Position numbers and translations under genes: made by a program. Below are positions 1 to 13,010 of a stretch of 64,000 bases of DNA, one piece after another. Within the stretch, counting starts at the first letter, position 1. Every line of letters starts with the position of its first letter. The stretch is taken from the NCBI GenBank assembly GCA_010093705.1, contig MU006091.1, forward strand, positions 620,001 through 684,000, read 5' to 3'. The notes beneath the pieces were generated by a model, which was not told where the DNA came from, made no database searches, and saw only the letters and a program-made list of their open reading frames with translations. This DNA comes from Patellaria atrata CBS 101060 (lineage: Eukaryota).

Positions 1-1493
1 TTAGCCCTTTCTTTGAGAATTGAGACCCGACGATATCATGGCGTTCCCGTCGGGGCGATACGGCAGTGGCCTCTAGCAAGGGGAGGGTTACGACTTTGCA
101 GTATAGCGAAGTAACCTGAGTAGGGGAGTGAACGCCTCAACTATCCCCGCTCTAAAGAGCTGAGAGAAACTTATACAAACTATTGATAAAGCCGGTATCC
201 CCGTTTCTTTAGTATAGCAAGGAACCAATGAAAGCATTACGGTTCAAGCAAACTCCATCTTCACCATGCGAGTCAACAGAATTGAGTTTGTGTCCGAACC
301 TGACAACGATTCTACCGCGACTAATAATTGATGAATGAACGTAAGACTGTTGTCGGTTGTCATGAGGTACCTTCGTGGTTTCGCTACTACGGGGTCCGCC
401 TCACTGATTTAGGGCAGAAGTTCGTCAAAGCAAACTTTGTATCCCGGGGATCATGTAGGACAATACACGTGGAAACGATTGATAGTACAGTAACACTGAT
501 TTAGGGGACTCAAATAGCTGAGATAGTGACTAGGCTCACTGCTCCAACAGCGTCATCGGTAAGGTAGGTTGTTACATCCACTCCAAATACATGTAGTCAC
601 CTAATAAGGTACTCCCACCGTCTGCATGCCAACGCAGTGACAAAGTAAGAATGGATGTCGCGATACTCGCCACGAAAATGTCTGTACGAAAACTAAAAGC
701 GGGAAGCTTGCCGGCGTACCAAGAACCGACTCGGAAAAAGCATCTTTTGAATTTACTCCCCCCACTGCATTCTGCCACCAATTTGGGATTTGGGCTGTAT
801 TGACGCCTCCATTCGAACCCCTATTCTGAAATGGATACAAAACCGAAGAGGGGGAAGGTTGATTTTTACCTACTTTTGTGTTTCTAGTAGTTCTATAAGT
901 GATCAGATATCAGCTTTCTTCCACAACACCAAACAGTAACCTAAATTTTACCAACAAACGGCTTTTTGAGCATTGACGACTCGCCAAAAGATTTAAACAT
1001 CAGTGCCATCCGATCTTCAACTCTGTCACAGCGTCTTGACCCGGAGAATTGGTGCCAGACTAGCCTGCCGAACGACTAGTAGGCCGGTGTCTGATCTGTG
1101 TGTACCTGCAGCTCGGAGCCTCCCTTGACTCCCTTGAACTCTCTTCCTCCACTACTCTGATCCTCCATCCGCTTTGACAATTTTTTCATCAAAGGCCGCA
1201 CACTCGCTGTCACGGCGCTCAAAAGCCCTGTATTCTCCGCCGGCAATCGCCCGCACCGGAGAGAGCGCTGTGCTCTTACCTTTATCACTTTAATCGACCG
1301 CTGTTTCTTCGACCTTCTGAAAGAGGTAACGGAAATTCCGGCGGTACCTAATTGCTGGGACCGAATCCCTTCGAGAATCAATTTCCAACCCCTCGAATTT
1401 CACAACACTCTCATTTATCTCCCTTCCTCCCAGAGAAAATAATTTTGCCTGATTACTTACGGTTGGCCATAACAATACTCTGCGAGCACTATA

Positions 1494-3171
1494 ATGGGAC
1501 TTTTCGGTCGCAAGAGCTCTAAACCTACTATTCCAAGTAGTCCGGACTCCCAATCTATGATCTCGAATACATCACTAAAGTCTCCTCCTCTCCCAAGAAG
1601 CGCGAGCGGTGCAGCACTGGCCATGTCCATGAACTCTTTGCTAGATATCCCTCTCCCGAGGGCACCAGATCCCAATCTCGATCCTGCAGGTTATCTTCGA
1701 AGCATATATGCAGTCCGGGAGAGAACGAGGCTAGTTCTGGAAAAAGCAAAGAAAAATCAACTAAAACATTTCATCGTGGACATGTCTAAATTTTCAGAAA
1801 CTGCTGCGTACGTTGTTTCTATAATCAAGGTATGTTTAGCCCGCCATAGACATGGGTAGTTTCAGTAGCTAATTCCCCTTGCCCTACTCATTAGAGAGAC
1901 TTTGCCCCTGATTATTCGTCCATACCACCACATGGGCGATGGCAACATTTTGAGGTAGGGGGACGTCCACGTGTGGATCAATTGATGGCGACCTGGCCGT
2001 CGAATGTGGACCCTCAGGAACGCACTCGACGTCTGATTGATCTATTCTTGGTATCTGTATTACTAGACGCTGGAGCTGGAACGAAATGGCAATACAAGAG
2101 CAAGGAGTCCGGCAGAATTTACCGACGAAGTGAAGGTCTCGCGGTTGCAAGTCTAGAAATGTTTAAGACAGGCTTGTTCAGTAGTAATCCCGATGAACCC
2201 TGCCAGGTCGACGGTGCTGGCCTTAAGAAGCTTCAGGATGATCCGAAACTAATGGCAAGAGGATTGCAAGTTACGGAGGAGAACCCTATCGATGGTCTAG
2301 AAGGTCGTACTAATCTTCTTGTCCGACTTGGGACCGCACTGCTGCAAAATCAAGATATTTGGGGGCTCGATGGTCGTCCAGGAAACATGCTTGGTGAGTT
2401 AGTCATAATTCGATCAAGGTATTTAGGCTAACCATGAGCAGATTATCTGCTATCGCACCCATCAACGCAAGCCACTTCCGTACCTATCATTCCAGTTCCA
2501 ACCCTGTGGTCCGTGCTCATGGATGGTCTAGCTCCAATTTGGCCATCCACGCGTACGCAAATCGACGGCATCTCGATTGGCGATGCCTGGCCATGTTCTA
2601 TCATGCCTTCACATCCCACTCATCCTTGGGAAAATATAGTCCCCTTCCATAAGCTCACCCAATGGCTCGCCTACTCACTCATGACACCGATGGCAAAGCT
2701 GATGAATTGTCAATTCGCTGGCGTGGAACTCTTGACAGGACTTCCAGAGTATCGTAACGGTGGTCTTTTGATAGATACTGGGCTTATGACTCTCAAACCA
2801 GAAGATACTGAACGAGGACTCTTGCAATACCAGATGAACGCACAAATCAAGGGTCAACCGAATGTCGAGGTCGTCCCCATGTTCAAACCGGAAGACGATG
2901 TTGTTGTGGAATGGAGAGCAGCGACAGTTGGATTCCTTGACGAACTATTAGCGGAGGTCAACCAACTCTTGTATCTCAGCGGATCACAGGCTCTCTCCTT
3001 GGCGCAGATGTTGGAAGCAGGCACTTGGAAGGTATATAAAAATTTCTTACCCATATAGATCTCAGCCACTAACTGGAATGATTGTAGGGCGGACGAGAGA
3101 TTGCTGAAGTCTCAAGGCCGAACACGAAGGAGCCGCCCATCATGATCTTGTCGGACGGGACTGTTTTCTAA
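1494..3171 (+). CDS. URC4: URC4/urg3-family (DUF1688) uracil catabolism protein, 4 exons
   Basis: Introns 1830-1894, 2394-2441 and 3032-3087 join the ORFs in frame. Family-typical motifs: IPPHGRWQHFEVGG, DLFLVSVLLDAGAG, RSEGLAVASL, PFHKLTQWLAYSL, TGLPEYRNGGL, EAGTWKGGRE, C-terminal SDGTVF*. Confidence 0.88.
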
Positions 3172-3765
3172 GATACCCCTTTATTTTTCTCGGTTTTCCT
3201 AGCGAACCCTATGCACTCCTTGGAGACAGACATCTTCCGTTTTGGTTGGCCTCTGCCGCACCTATTGACGTATAAGGTAGGCTTCAATTAGCTGGTCACG
3301 AACCATGATTTCCTTCTTTGTTCATATGCTTAAGTGACATCTATGATGATTTCAACCTCATGCATCTTCATTCGATTGAGATATAGGGGGCGTAGGTTCA
3401 GGGACTCAGGGTGGCTGAAAAGAGAATCTATATTGTTGGACTCAAGGTCGGAAACTGGAGGCATGGACCCTTAATTAGAACTATAGCAGGGTGTATGAGT
3501 AACTCGAAGAAATGATATGTAAACGCCTTCAAGAGTAGACCGATTGTTTTCTTCAGTAATGTGAGATTTATCTTTGATGGTATTTTCCTTTGCTGGTACT
3601 GCAAGACGAGAAGCCCATTCCCTTTTGGGTAACCAGCTTTGCGGGATGCAGCAACTGACTCGGAGCTCCTGACTATACATCTCCGTTATCTTTCATGCCA
3701 AAATAAAACACCACCTGCGGTACGTTACGAATACGTCCAAAGAACCAATACATTGTACGATCAGG

Positions 3766-4959
3766 ATGAATAGCGGAAAGAGGCAGAAGCAGCGAAAGGT
3801 GCTGCTGATGGGCAAAAGCGGCGCTGGCAAATCGTCCATGCGATCCATCGTGTTCAGCAATTACGTCGCCAAAGATGTGCGCCGACTTGGGGCTACAATC
3901 GATGTGGAGCATAGTAATATCAAGTTTATGGGCAATCTAATGTTGAATCTCTGGGATTGCGGTGGGTAAGTCTTCCTGACCTCAATACTACCCCAAATTA
4001 TATTGTTGTTTTGTTGTTTTGTTGCTGATCATGTCGCGTGTCGACGAAAAGACAGGACGGCTTCATGGAAAATTACCTCACACACCAGCGCGAACACGTC
4101 TTTAGTAACGTAGCGGTCCTCATCTTCGTATTCGACGTAGAGTCTCGCGAGTTTCAATCCGATCTAGTCGACTACTCCTACATTGTGCAGGCGCTGGGAG
4201 AATGTAGCCCGCAAGCTAAGATATTCTGTCTAATTCATAAGATGGACCTTGTAACAGCTCGCCTCAGGCTACCACTGTTTGAAGAACGCATAGAGTTCAT
4301 CCGAGGCTCCTCTGAAGGATTCAAGGATTCCGTTGACTTCTTTGCGACGAGTATATGGGACCAGTCATTGTACAAAGCATGGACACAAATCATATACTAC
4401 CTTATACCGAATGCTTCTACGATCGAGAGCCTGCTGCAGCAGCTTGCTGAAGTAATCGACGCAAGAGAGCTTATATTGTACGAGAGAACAACTTGCTTGA
4501 TGGTAACACACGTAACAAGGGGATTAGAGGGCCAGAACCCATTTACTGATCGATTCGAAAGAATATCAAGCATCCTGAAGACCCACAAACAATCTATGGC
4601 GTATGTATATACAGATCAACAACAGGGAGGTTCGGAACTGATGAAGCGGTAGGAGACATACAGGTATACCGGCAGGGAGCGCGAACTTTGCTGAAATGCA
4701 AATAAAGACATCCCGCTTCATGTTCTTCATTACGCGGCTAACGGAGAACACAAACCTTGCAGCTTCTATACCACCATCAGAGCAGGTGTTCAATGCGGCG
4801 CGAGTCAACATTCTACTGGCCAGACATAGATTTGCTGAGCTGGATATTTCTAACAAACCAAGGGCTGGATTGAGCCATGCTTATCAACGCACAAGCGATG
4901 GTGAGGGGCATAGAGGAGCGCAAGACGTGGTCGGCGAGGCGTCTGGTGTTGAATCCTGA
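3766..4959 (+). CDS. GTR1: Rag GTPase Gtr1/RagA-B (TORC1 activator), 3 exons
   Basis: [61 protein letters not shown]. Introns 3966-4051 and 4601-4652. Confidence 0.95.
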
Positions 4960-6500
4960 AATTGGTGCGCTTGATACGTACCTCATGACTAAGTTATTGG
5001 GAACTGTGAAGATCTCTCACTTTATCTACAGTATACGGGAATGACGGGATCGGAACATTTTCTAGGATACCCTTTTCACAATCATATGGAGTCTTATTAT
5101 GACGAAACGACCATGGCCGGCGCTCGACCCAAGCTGACACGACAGCCGCCGCATAGACCAGCTGTAGGGAGTGGATTCCGGGTCTTGAGCGGGTTTTAGA
5201 CGGGCTTTATAGACAAGGAATTGGCTGATATTGCAGCCGGCTATGTTGGCGGTAAGGCTTGAGATGTACCGAACGGCTCCCTAAGCGTTAAAGGGTATGG
5301 TTATTGCTGGGGAAATCTACGGGGCGTCGCGGGAGTCCATGGGGAGCAAATCCGGGTGATAGATGGGCAGGACGGCAGCGGACGGGTTTCTACAATCTAA
5401 CCAGTTCAGGGGGGTTCACTAGAATGACTACTGCGTGTTCGTCAAGTTCGTTAACCCGCGCCGCCAACCAAGTTTTGTTCTCCAAGGGTATTGTGGTTGT
5501 CGCATAACCCAGATCCGCCATGTCAACTGCCTCCAACGGCAACGTTTGAGTTCTAAGAACGGTCGTGAGGAGTTTAGGGACCTTGCAACTTGTCATCGCC
5601 CCGGTAGATATGCCTGTAATTGTAAAATAGACGCAAATCTTACTGCGTCTCTTGCAATTTCGTCAGGTCGCAACCCTCAGTGGCTTGAGGGAGTTTTTGA
5701 AGCTTTCCAGGTTGGCTCAGGATCATCATACAGTAGGTACTGCACTGTACGTGCTTTGCCGGCCGCTGGCGAACCTGGAAAAGGGACTGGGGGATGCCCA
5801 GTTGCCCAGTTGACCACGGCTTTGGTGGTGGCTGCACTGGCTTCTGGCAAACTTCATACCCGGGCTCGTAGCGAGAAAACGACGGCATCATAAGCAGAGC
5901 ACAGCCCAAACGTTACCCTAAGAACCCCCAAGGGAAACCCTACCTCATCGGCCGTGCCGTGATACAGTACACACATACCCGTACGCACATTTCTCTGCCA
6001 AAACGGCGTTACATACCATCATCTGTCGTGAGACCAGTTCTTCCCCCTCTCTGAAAAAGACCTCTCCTCAATCTTACATCCAATATCCAGGAGCCCAGTA
6101 CTTTGGTGTTGTGTATTGTACATACCTTACATATATTATTCCATCTCTGTATTTCTTCTTACCCACATATTTAAACCAATCATCGATATTCGATCCGATC
6201 TCCCGTTAGCTCATCCTATGCCCTGGCGACTTGGACAATTGGGATTCGGGTGCTGTATATTGGAGATCATATCAACTTACTCACATGTAAGTCTATCGGG
6301 TGTAAAGTCATGGATTGCGGGAATCTGCTTTCTCATCCGCGCCCTCGAGCTATGCCGGTATTGTAATTGCTGATACCATATTCCAGGTACAGTACTTTGA
6401 CATCAGATGATCTTCTAGAACAATTGAAGAAACCACAAACTATATTTACTGAGTCGGCTTGCATGTCTGGCGCATTTGTTGATTGCTGTGTACGAATACG

Positions 6501-9228
6501 ATGTATAACGGCAAGCAAGCTCTCCATGAGCGTCATACTGGTGCGCAGACGTCCAACATCGACTCCGCAAACATAAGCGCACCTGGTGTAATGTCACGCC
6601 CACTCCCTCCTCAATCACTTGGGACTACGTCCCCGTACAACCTTTGGTCCCATCACCGTGGTAATGAGACCAGTTCTGCGAAAGTCGAACCTCCCAAACT
6701 TCCGAACCAGAGTCATAAGCTTCCAAGTTTGCGATCCCTCCTAAACTCTCCTCCACCCCCCTCGCCGGCATTCCCGCAATACCAATCGCCCATCTTTAAC
6801 CCTACGAATACTTCATACCACGCCCATATTCTCCCTCCGGTCTCCTCCTCGGCAAGCTCCCATACCCCTTCAGCATCACAGACGGCGTTTGCTAAGGTCT
6901 TTGATACTACGCAAGAAGAGCAAACAACCAATGGACTCAACACTCACGATGTACCTCCAACGCCACGAGTTGTCGGTGCGAATTACTTAGGTCAAGACAA
7001 CCCAATACATGATGTGGAAATGAAATCTGAGACCGATAGGTCAGGGGGGTCTCATATCAATATCTCAGCTAGCGGGACTATCCCAAGGCCCATACGGCGG
7101 CGCGGGGAACCTGCTGCGAGACGTACCACCAGAACATCAAGGTGTATTGGCCAGAAAGAGGTTCCTGGCGAAGGATTGTGCTATGTATACGAAGATGGCT
7201 CGTATTGTCGTACTGTGATTGACGGGGAACCCGTCAACCCGTCTTGGGGAATTACCAAGGCCGGTAAACCACGAAAAAGGCTCGCAGCAGCCTGTCTGAC
7301 CTGTAGGGAAAAGAAGATCAGATGTGAACCTTCCTTGCCTAAATGTGTGCAATGCCAGAAGTCGCAACGGACTTGTCGGGGTGTCGGTAGTCAGCAATCA
7401 ACTCCGGCACCTGCTGTTGAGAGTCCTCGTACAGTGATCGGTTCTCCATTGGTACCTATAACAGGAGATATCTCTATGGATAACAATCATTTCGACCATA
7501 CTCCAACCAACGCGTCTCAGGAAGAGATTCTTGATTCGATGAGATCTGCAGCCAAAGAACCCATTCCATATTCTTCTACACCTCCAATTGTAACTGGAGA
7601 TCTACGTACGCACGCAATGAGGGACCGCCAACGCCTCAAATTTGGACATCCGTTCTTCAAGTACTTTGACAGCGAACGGGACAATTCTGACAGTCCAAAT
7701 CCAACCTCAGCGGATTCTCTAGCTCTAGCATGGGAACGGGACCCTTACGAAGCGGACAAAGAATTGACTTTGTACCTTTTAGAGACTTACTTTACGCATA
7801 TAGAATCAGCGACATACTGCATGTTCCCAAAGAAAGAGTTCATCTCATGGGTCAAAAACTGCAAGAACAAATCTCAAGATGATCGGATGCTTTTATATAC
7901 CATTCTCGCCATGGGCTCCAACTTCACCTTTGACAAGGCGAAACGAGCCGTGGGGAAGCAGTTTGCTGCTATCGCTCACCATGCTGTGCTAAGTCGTTTC
8001 GCAAAGTATACCCTACAGCTTCTCCAAAGCAGACTCATGCTTGGGCTTTACTACTTCGCTCGCGGAAAGAGTCACGATTCCTTTGATTTAAGCGGCTCTG
8101 CCCTGCGTTCTTTAAGTGCACTCAATCTGAACTCGGAGGATGGCATCTTAGAATTAGCGGATGATGGCCCCTACGAGTACGACTTCGACCGCGCGATGTC
8201 ATTAGAATGCCGCCGTAGGACTTTCTGGGCCGCATTCCTGATGGACGTAAGTCATTCTTTTCTCTCGTCTGTTCCATTTGCTAACGCCGTCTTAGCGCTA
8301 CAATGGCTTTTGTGGCGGGACACTCTTCGTGATCCAGCTCGATGACACTTTCGTCCGCCTCCCGTGTCACGAATGTGAATACGAAACTGGCAAACTGATC
8401 AGTACAACCCCTTTCTTCGACAATGATGTCGTCGACACAAGTATTCCGCATCCGGAATCTCTCGGCGCAATGGCTCACCTCACCCTTGTCTCCGCCATGT
8501 GGGGCGAAGTACTCTCCTTTACAACCCGTTACCTGCATCGACCAGCACACAAATATGCCGCCGCATACGAAAATTTCTACACCACCATCCTTACCCGCCT
8601 CGACAAGTGGCGGGGCAGTCTACCCCCATTATTTCGCTGGAGCATTGAGAACATGGACGTTGCCATCAGGGATGGATATGCCGGTACCTTCATCTCCCTG
8701 CACGCCCTCTACCACGCCTCCATCATCCGCTTGAACCGTCATGTCCGTCTCGACGCCGTGTCCCAATCCACCCAGTCCCGCAACCTCGCTCAGGCCCGCC
8801 ACCATGCGAAACTCCTTCTCCCCATTATCGCGAGCGTAGGCAAGCGCACCCGCGATGCTCGCGGCTGCGATCCTGACTTCGCGTTTTCCACCCCTTTCCC
8901 TGGCTACTCCTTCATGCTGGCCGTGGACGTGTTGGGCGCATGCGGCACGTTGAAGGAGTTACCGCCTCTGATCGACCAGCTCGAATCAGGCCTCGAATGC
9001 GTGGACGAGCTGGCGGACTTTTGGGCCAGTGGGAAAGCGCAGAGGAAGGCGGTTAGGACGAGGGTAGAGTTGCTGACGCAGGTGGCGAGGGATGAGGACG
9101 CGAAAGAACGGAAGGGCAATTGTTGGAGGTTGGAGGGGGAGTTGGATAGTGCGTTTGGGAGGACGGAGGATGTGGTGTATGGGGTCGGTGATTTGGTCTA
9201 TTTGGGCGTGGTTGGGGTTGAGGATTGA
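6501..9228 (+). CDS. Zn(II)2Cys6 transcription factor with fungal-specific TF middle-homology domain; start codon uncertain (6501, 6591 or a spliced upstream start)
   Basis: CLTCREKKIRCEPSLPKCVQCQKSQRTC binuclear cluster. ECRRRTFWAAFLMD|RY is joined by intron 8247-8295 (GTAAGT..GCTAAC..TAG). Confidence 0.92.
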
Positions 9229-9927
9229 GGGGGTTTTCACTATCATACCGCCCGTGTCGTTTAGGTCCATTCATACCCTTTACGCTACATACGGTTGCCT
9301 CTCAGCGGCGAGAAAAAGATACCCCCTCCCCAAGGCCTTTCTTCCGGTATATATTTCTTTGCTGTCTAGTCGCCCCGACAACTGGGGTAGGATGGGACAT
9401 GTACATACTTTTCTGTATCGACTTTATGAATGTTTGGGTTTAGGGCGTCGTGGTTCTTTGGGTTTGAAGGATATGCGTGTGTACTGTACACGTGTGTGGT
9501 GCACTTCTCTTTTGGGCTCATGGGATCTGGGGCTGGGAGAGGGGGGATATACTGGTGTTTAATTGCTTTGGTAGTATATACATTTATGCTTGTGCTTGTT
9601 TTTGGGCTTGACCTTGTGAGTACCACCCGGATTCGAGAATTGCGAGATGAGACTCAAAACTACGCCTTCATCGTATAACGATGATCTGGGGGCGGATACG
9701 GTGGTTTACGAAGTATATATAAGTGGGAAAGGGGAGGTTTGTCCTTAGCATTTCTCTCCACGTGAAGAAACATGTACTCGTATTGATTAGGTATATGAAC
9801 ACTTTCAGTCTCTTCGTCCGATAGACTTTCCCCTAATGCATCATCGCATGTCAGAAGGCCCCAAGAGATTCCCATAACTACCTAAGTCGCGCTCCAGCAG
9901 GAACCCAAAGCTCATATCCCCCAACCC

Positions 9928-11384
9928 TCACACTTCGTCCGCCCACGGAATCGCAGCCTGCGCACCCCGCCTCTGCACCGTCACGCTCGCAGCGCGATTC
10001 GCAAACTCGACCGCCTTGCCGACCTCGAATTCGCAGCCCTCGGCGCTGTTTACGCTCCGCTCTTCGCCGCGCACGTCGGATTGCTGTTTCGCGGCGGGCG
10101 AGCGGGCGAAGGCGTGTTCGGCGACGCAGATGGTGTAGGCGCCGACGAAGGTATCGCCAGCTGCGGTGGTGTCGAGGACGGGGACGCGGCGAGCAGGGAC
10201 GAGGTGGCCGTGGAGGTTGTGGCTGGACATTGTGTGCGTGTGGTAGAAGACGCCCTGGATGAGAGGGGTGAGTGGTGGTCACGTGGTATGACGGTGTGTT
10301 CAGGGGGTTGGGGGAGAGGGTCACTTGGAGGGGGATTGGGAGAGGACGTACGTGGCTTCCGAGAGTGATGATTACGTTTTGAACCCCTTTTGCGATGAAT
10401 TTGTTTGCGATGGAGCTGAGGTCGGCGTGCACGTTGACTTCTTCGGGTTGGAGACCGGCTAGGATGGCGGTTTCGGTCTCGTTCATGATGAGGTGCTTGA
10501 GCTTTTTGTAGATGCTGTCGGGAAGAGGTTGTGCTGGTGCTGGATTGAGTACGACCTATGCAATTGATTAATAAGGACGATGGAAGCGTAGTAGAGGAAA
10601 ATTGAAAAATGGATTTACATTGGTGTTTTGACCTGCGAAGTATTCCATTAATCCTATTACCTTGAAAATCCAACATATCAGCGTCGTCTTGAGCAAGGTG
10701 TTATCTCTCCAGTCCATTATGTGTCTTGAATCAACTGGAAGACAACCAAACTGCCAGCACCGTACTTACCACATCCAACTTTATCTCAAGCTGAAGTACC
10801 ACAACATCTCCATGACCTCCACCATCCTCCCATTTCTTCACCCTACTAATGGCGTCATCCAAACCCAACCCATAGTTCGCTCCTGGCGCAAGCAGAATCC
10901 TATTCTCCCCCGTATCCTCTTCAACTAGAATCACCGCCGTCCCCGTACTCTCCCTCTCATCCCTCCTTATCCCCCCACAGCCTATATCCTCGCTCTTCAA
11001 ATGCATTAAAAACGAGTCTCCATATGAATCCGCGCCCACATTCCCAATCATCGAGACACTAGCTCTGGCGCCTTGAAAGGCACCCGAGTGAGCGGACGCA
11101 TCTCCCAGACTTGACTGGGATGATTCAAGATTTTGATAAGATGGCAGTGCTGGTTCTGTTGTAGGAGACTGTCCGGGTCTAGGCTTAGAGCGAGAGAGCC
11201 GCGCACAGGCGACTGCTTGGTTTGCACCTTTGCCGCCGAAACCAGTGGTGAAGCTCTTTGCTGTGAGGGTCTCGCCAGGGCCTGGGATGCGAGAGGTGCG
11301 GGTTACGAGGTCGGTGTTTATGGAGCCTATTACTACTATGTTAGGGATTGGGGAGGCCATTCTGGTATATGGTTGCTGGTTCAT
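9928..11384 (-). CDS. RBK1: Ribokinase (PfkB family), 4 exons; start at 11384 or 11360
   Basis: VVIGSINTDL, GGKGANQAVACARL, LQLEI, VVLNPAPA, LIMNETE, ITLGSHG, DTTAAGDTFVGA. Three GT-AG introns, including a short VIGLMEYFAGQNTN exon near 10619-10661. Confidence 0.92.
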
Positions 11385-11729
11385 TAGATGAGGGAGTTGT
11401 TAGTCGTTGGAACTACATGAGAACTGGAGAGCTCGCAGACAGAGATCCTTCATTCATCACTCGAGTAGAAGCAGCTGAGCCATCAATGCTTGACAGGTCA
11501 TCCTTTTGCCATCGTCTACTACTGAGTATGCAGTTGCTGTGTTGTAAACAGCACATGTCCGTCCCCAGCGTCATAGCTTTAGTAAGATTAGCCGAGAATA
11601 AGCCATATCCATCTCAACTCTGCTAGCTGCGATTCTCAATCGAGTCACCGCTAACACGCAAATCTAGCTAGAGAAACCACCTCCTCGCAACGATGATAAA
11701 CTGGCAATCTCCCTCTCCCATCTTCCTAG

Positions 11730-12284
11730 ATGCGTCCCGTCGTCGTCGAACCTTACAATCCTCAATGGCCGCTCCACTTCTCTCAAATAGCGTCTGAGCT
11801 CATCAACACACTTCAAGACGTTGATATCTTGCGCATCGAGCATGTCGGCAGCACATCCGTCCCCTTCCTCGCAGCCAAACCCATCATAGACGTCGACATC
11901 GTCATCCTGCCTCCCTCCCTTGAGTCCGTTATATCCGCGCTCACCGCCTCTGGGTATACCTACCTCGGTGAAGTTGGAATCCCAGACCGGCATACCTTTC
12001 GTAAGGTCTCAGCGGTACCAGATCGCAATCTATACCTTTGCATCGAGGGAAGTGCGAGTCTACGGAACCATCTCTGTGTCCGAGAATTGTTGCGGAGGGA
12101 TGAGGCGCTGAGGGAAGAGTATGCGAGGGTGAAGATGGAATTGTTTGCGAGGGGGTTGGATATGGACGAATATTGTGAGGGGAAGAATGAGATATTGCAG
12201 AAGATTCTGGAGAGAGCGGGGATGGGAGAGCGGGAGAGGGAGGAGATTAAGAAGGCGAATACTAGAAGCCTGGAGGATATTTGA
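11730..12284 (+). CDS. Stand-alone GrpB/UPF0157 family protein (nucleotidyltransferase-like fold)
   Basis: Intronless 184 aa ORF: V.PYNPQWP..F, IEHVGSTSVPFLAAKPIIDVDI, GY.Y.GE.GI, NHL..R..LR, Y...K, Y.EGK. Confidence 0.88.
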   Translation: MRPVVVEPYNPQWPLHFSQIASELINTLQDVDILRIEHVGSTSVPFLAAKPIIDVDIVILPPSLESVISALTASGYTYLGEVGIPDRHTFRKVSAVPDRNLYLCIEGSASLRNHLCVRELLRRDEALREEYARVKMELFARGLDMDEYCEGKNEILQKILERAGMGEREREEIKKANTRSLEDI

Positions 12285-12479
12285 CGTCGACTGAGTACTA
12301 AGACCACTTGCAATTATGGCATGTATTGATTATATTCTGAGAAACCGAGTTATTCAACTTATTCTAGAAACAGCAACAACAGGGAGGAGGGCACCGAGAC
12401 GTGAATCCAATCTTCTCGCCGCCATTGCAAGCTGTCAAGGGAACTCATCTCCCTAATACTGCCAAGAACGCACCGTCGA

Positions 12480-13010
12480 GCGTCGCGGAATCGTCTATTC
12501 ACCCCTCTCTAGCCGCTTCCGAGCTGCGGTATTAGCGATGAAGAGTTCTCCCTTCCGAAGAATGTGTGGTCCTAGGTTTCCACCTCTCCCTTCAACGTAA
12601 CAAGACTGTACCTGGGTTTTTGACCACCTAATGCAGGGTTGATGGCGATTCGTCTAAGTCATAGATTCGATTAACTCTTATGGCACACAGTTATCAGCGA
12701 GGAGGTTGTACGGCATGGTTTCGTTATTAAACCGTTTTCTCGCCACGGCCAGTACAGCACGTTGCAGTTTAAGTACAAACATTAGCTCTTCTTTCTTGTT
12801 ACAAAGCAGTTAAACTCTTCGAAGACCTCTCTGTCCTACCACTCGAAATGGTATTTCTCGCCTAGTGGACGCTCCAACTTCAAACTATTTTCCATCGTAT
12901 TGTACAGGCCAAAGCAGAGTGGTGTGTGAAATCCGATTGTACAAGCACCCAACGGTCGCGATCAGCTTCCTGTGTGGACGGTCCTAAAGATGGATACGAT
13001 TTTACTGTAC
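12480..13010 (-). pseudogene. Possible decayed BTB/POZ-domain gene
   Basis: Minus-strand fragments KIVSIF/GPST..DRWVLVQSDFTHHS, KYHFEW*DREVFEEF and ELMFVLKLQRAVLA..RIYDL..STLH*VV recall fungal BTB proteins. They need several frameshifts and stops. Confidence 0.28.
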
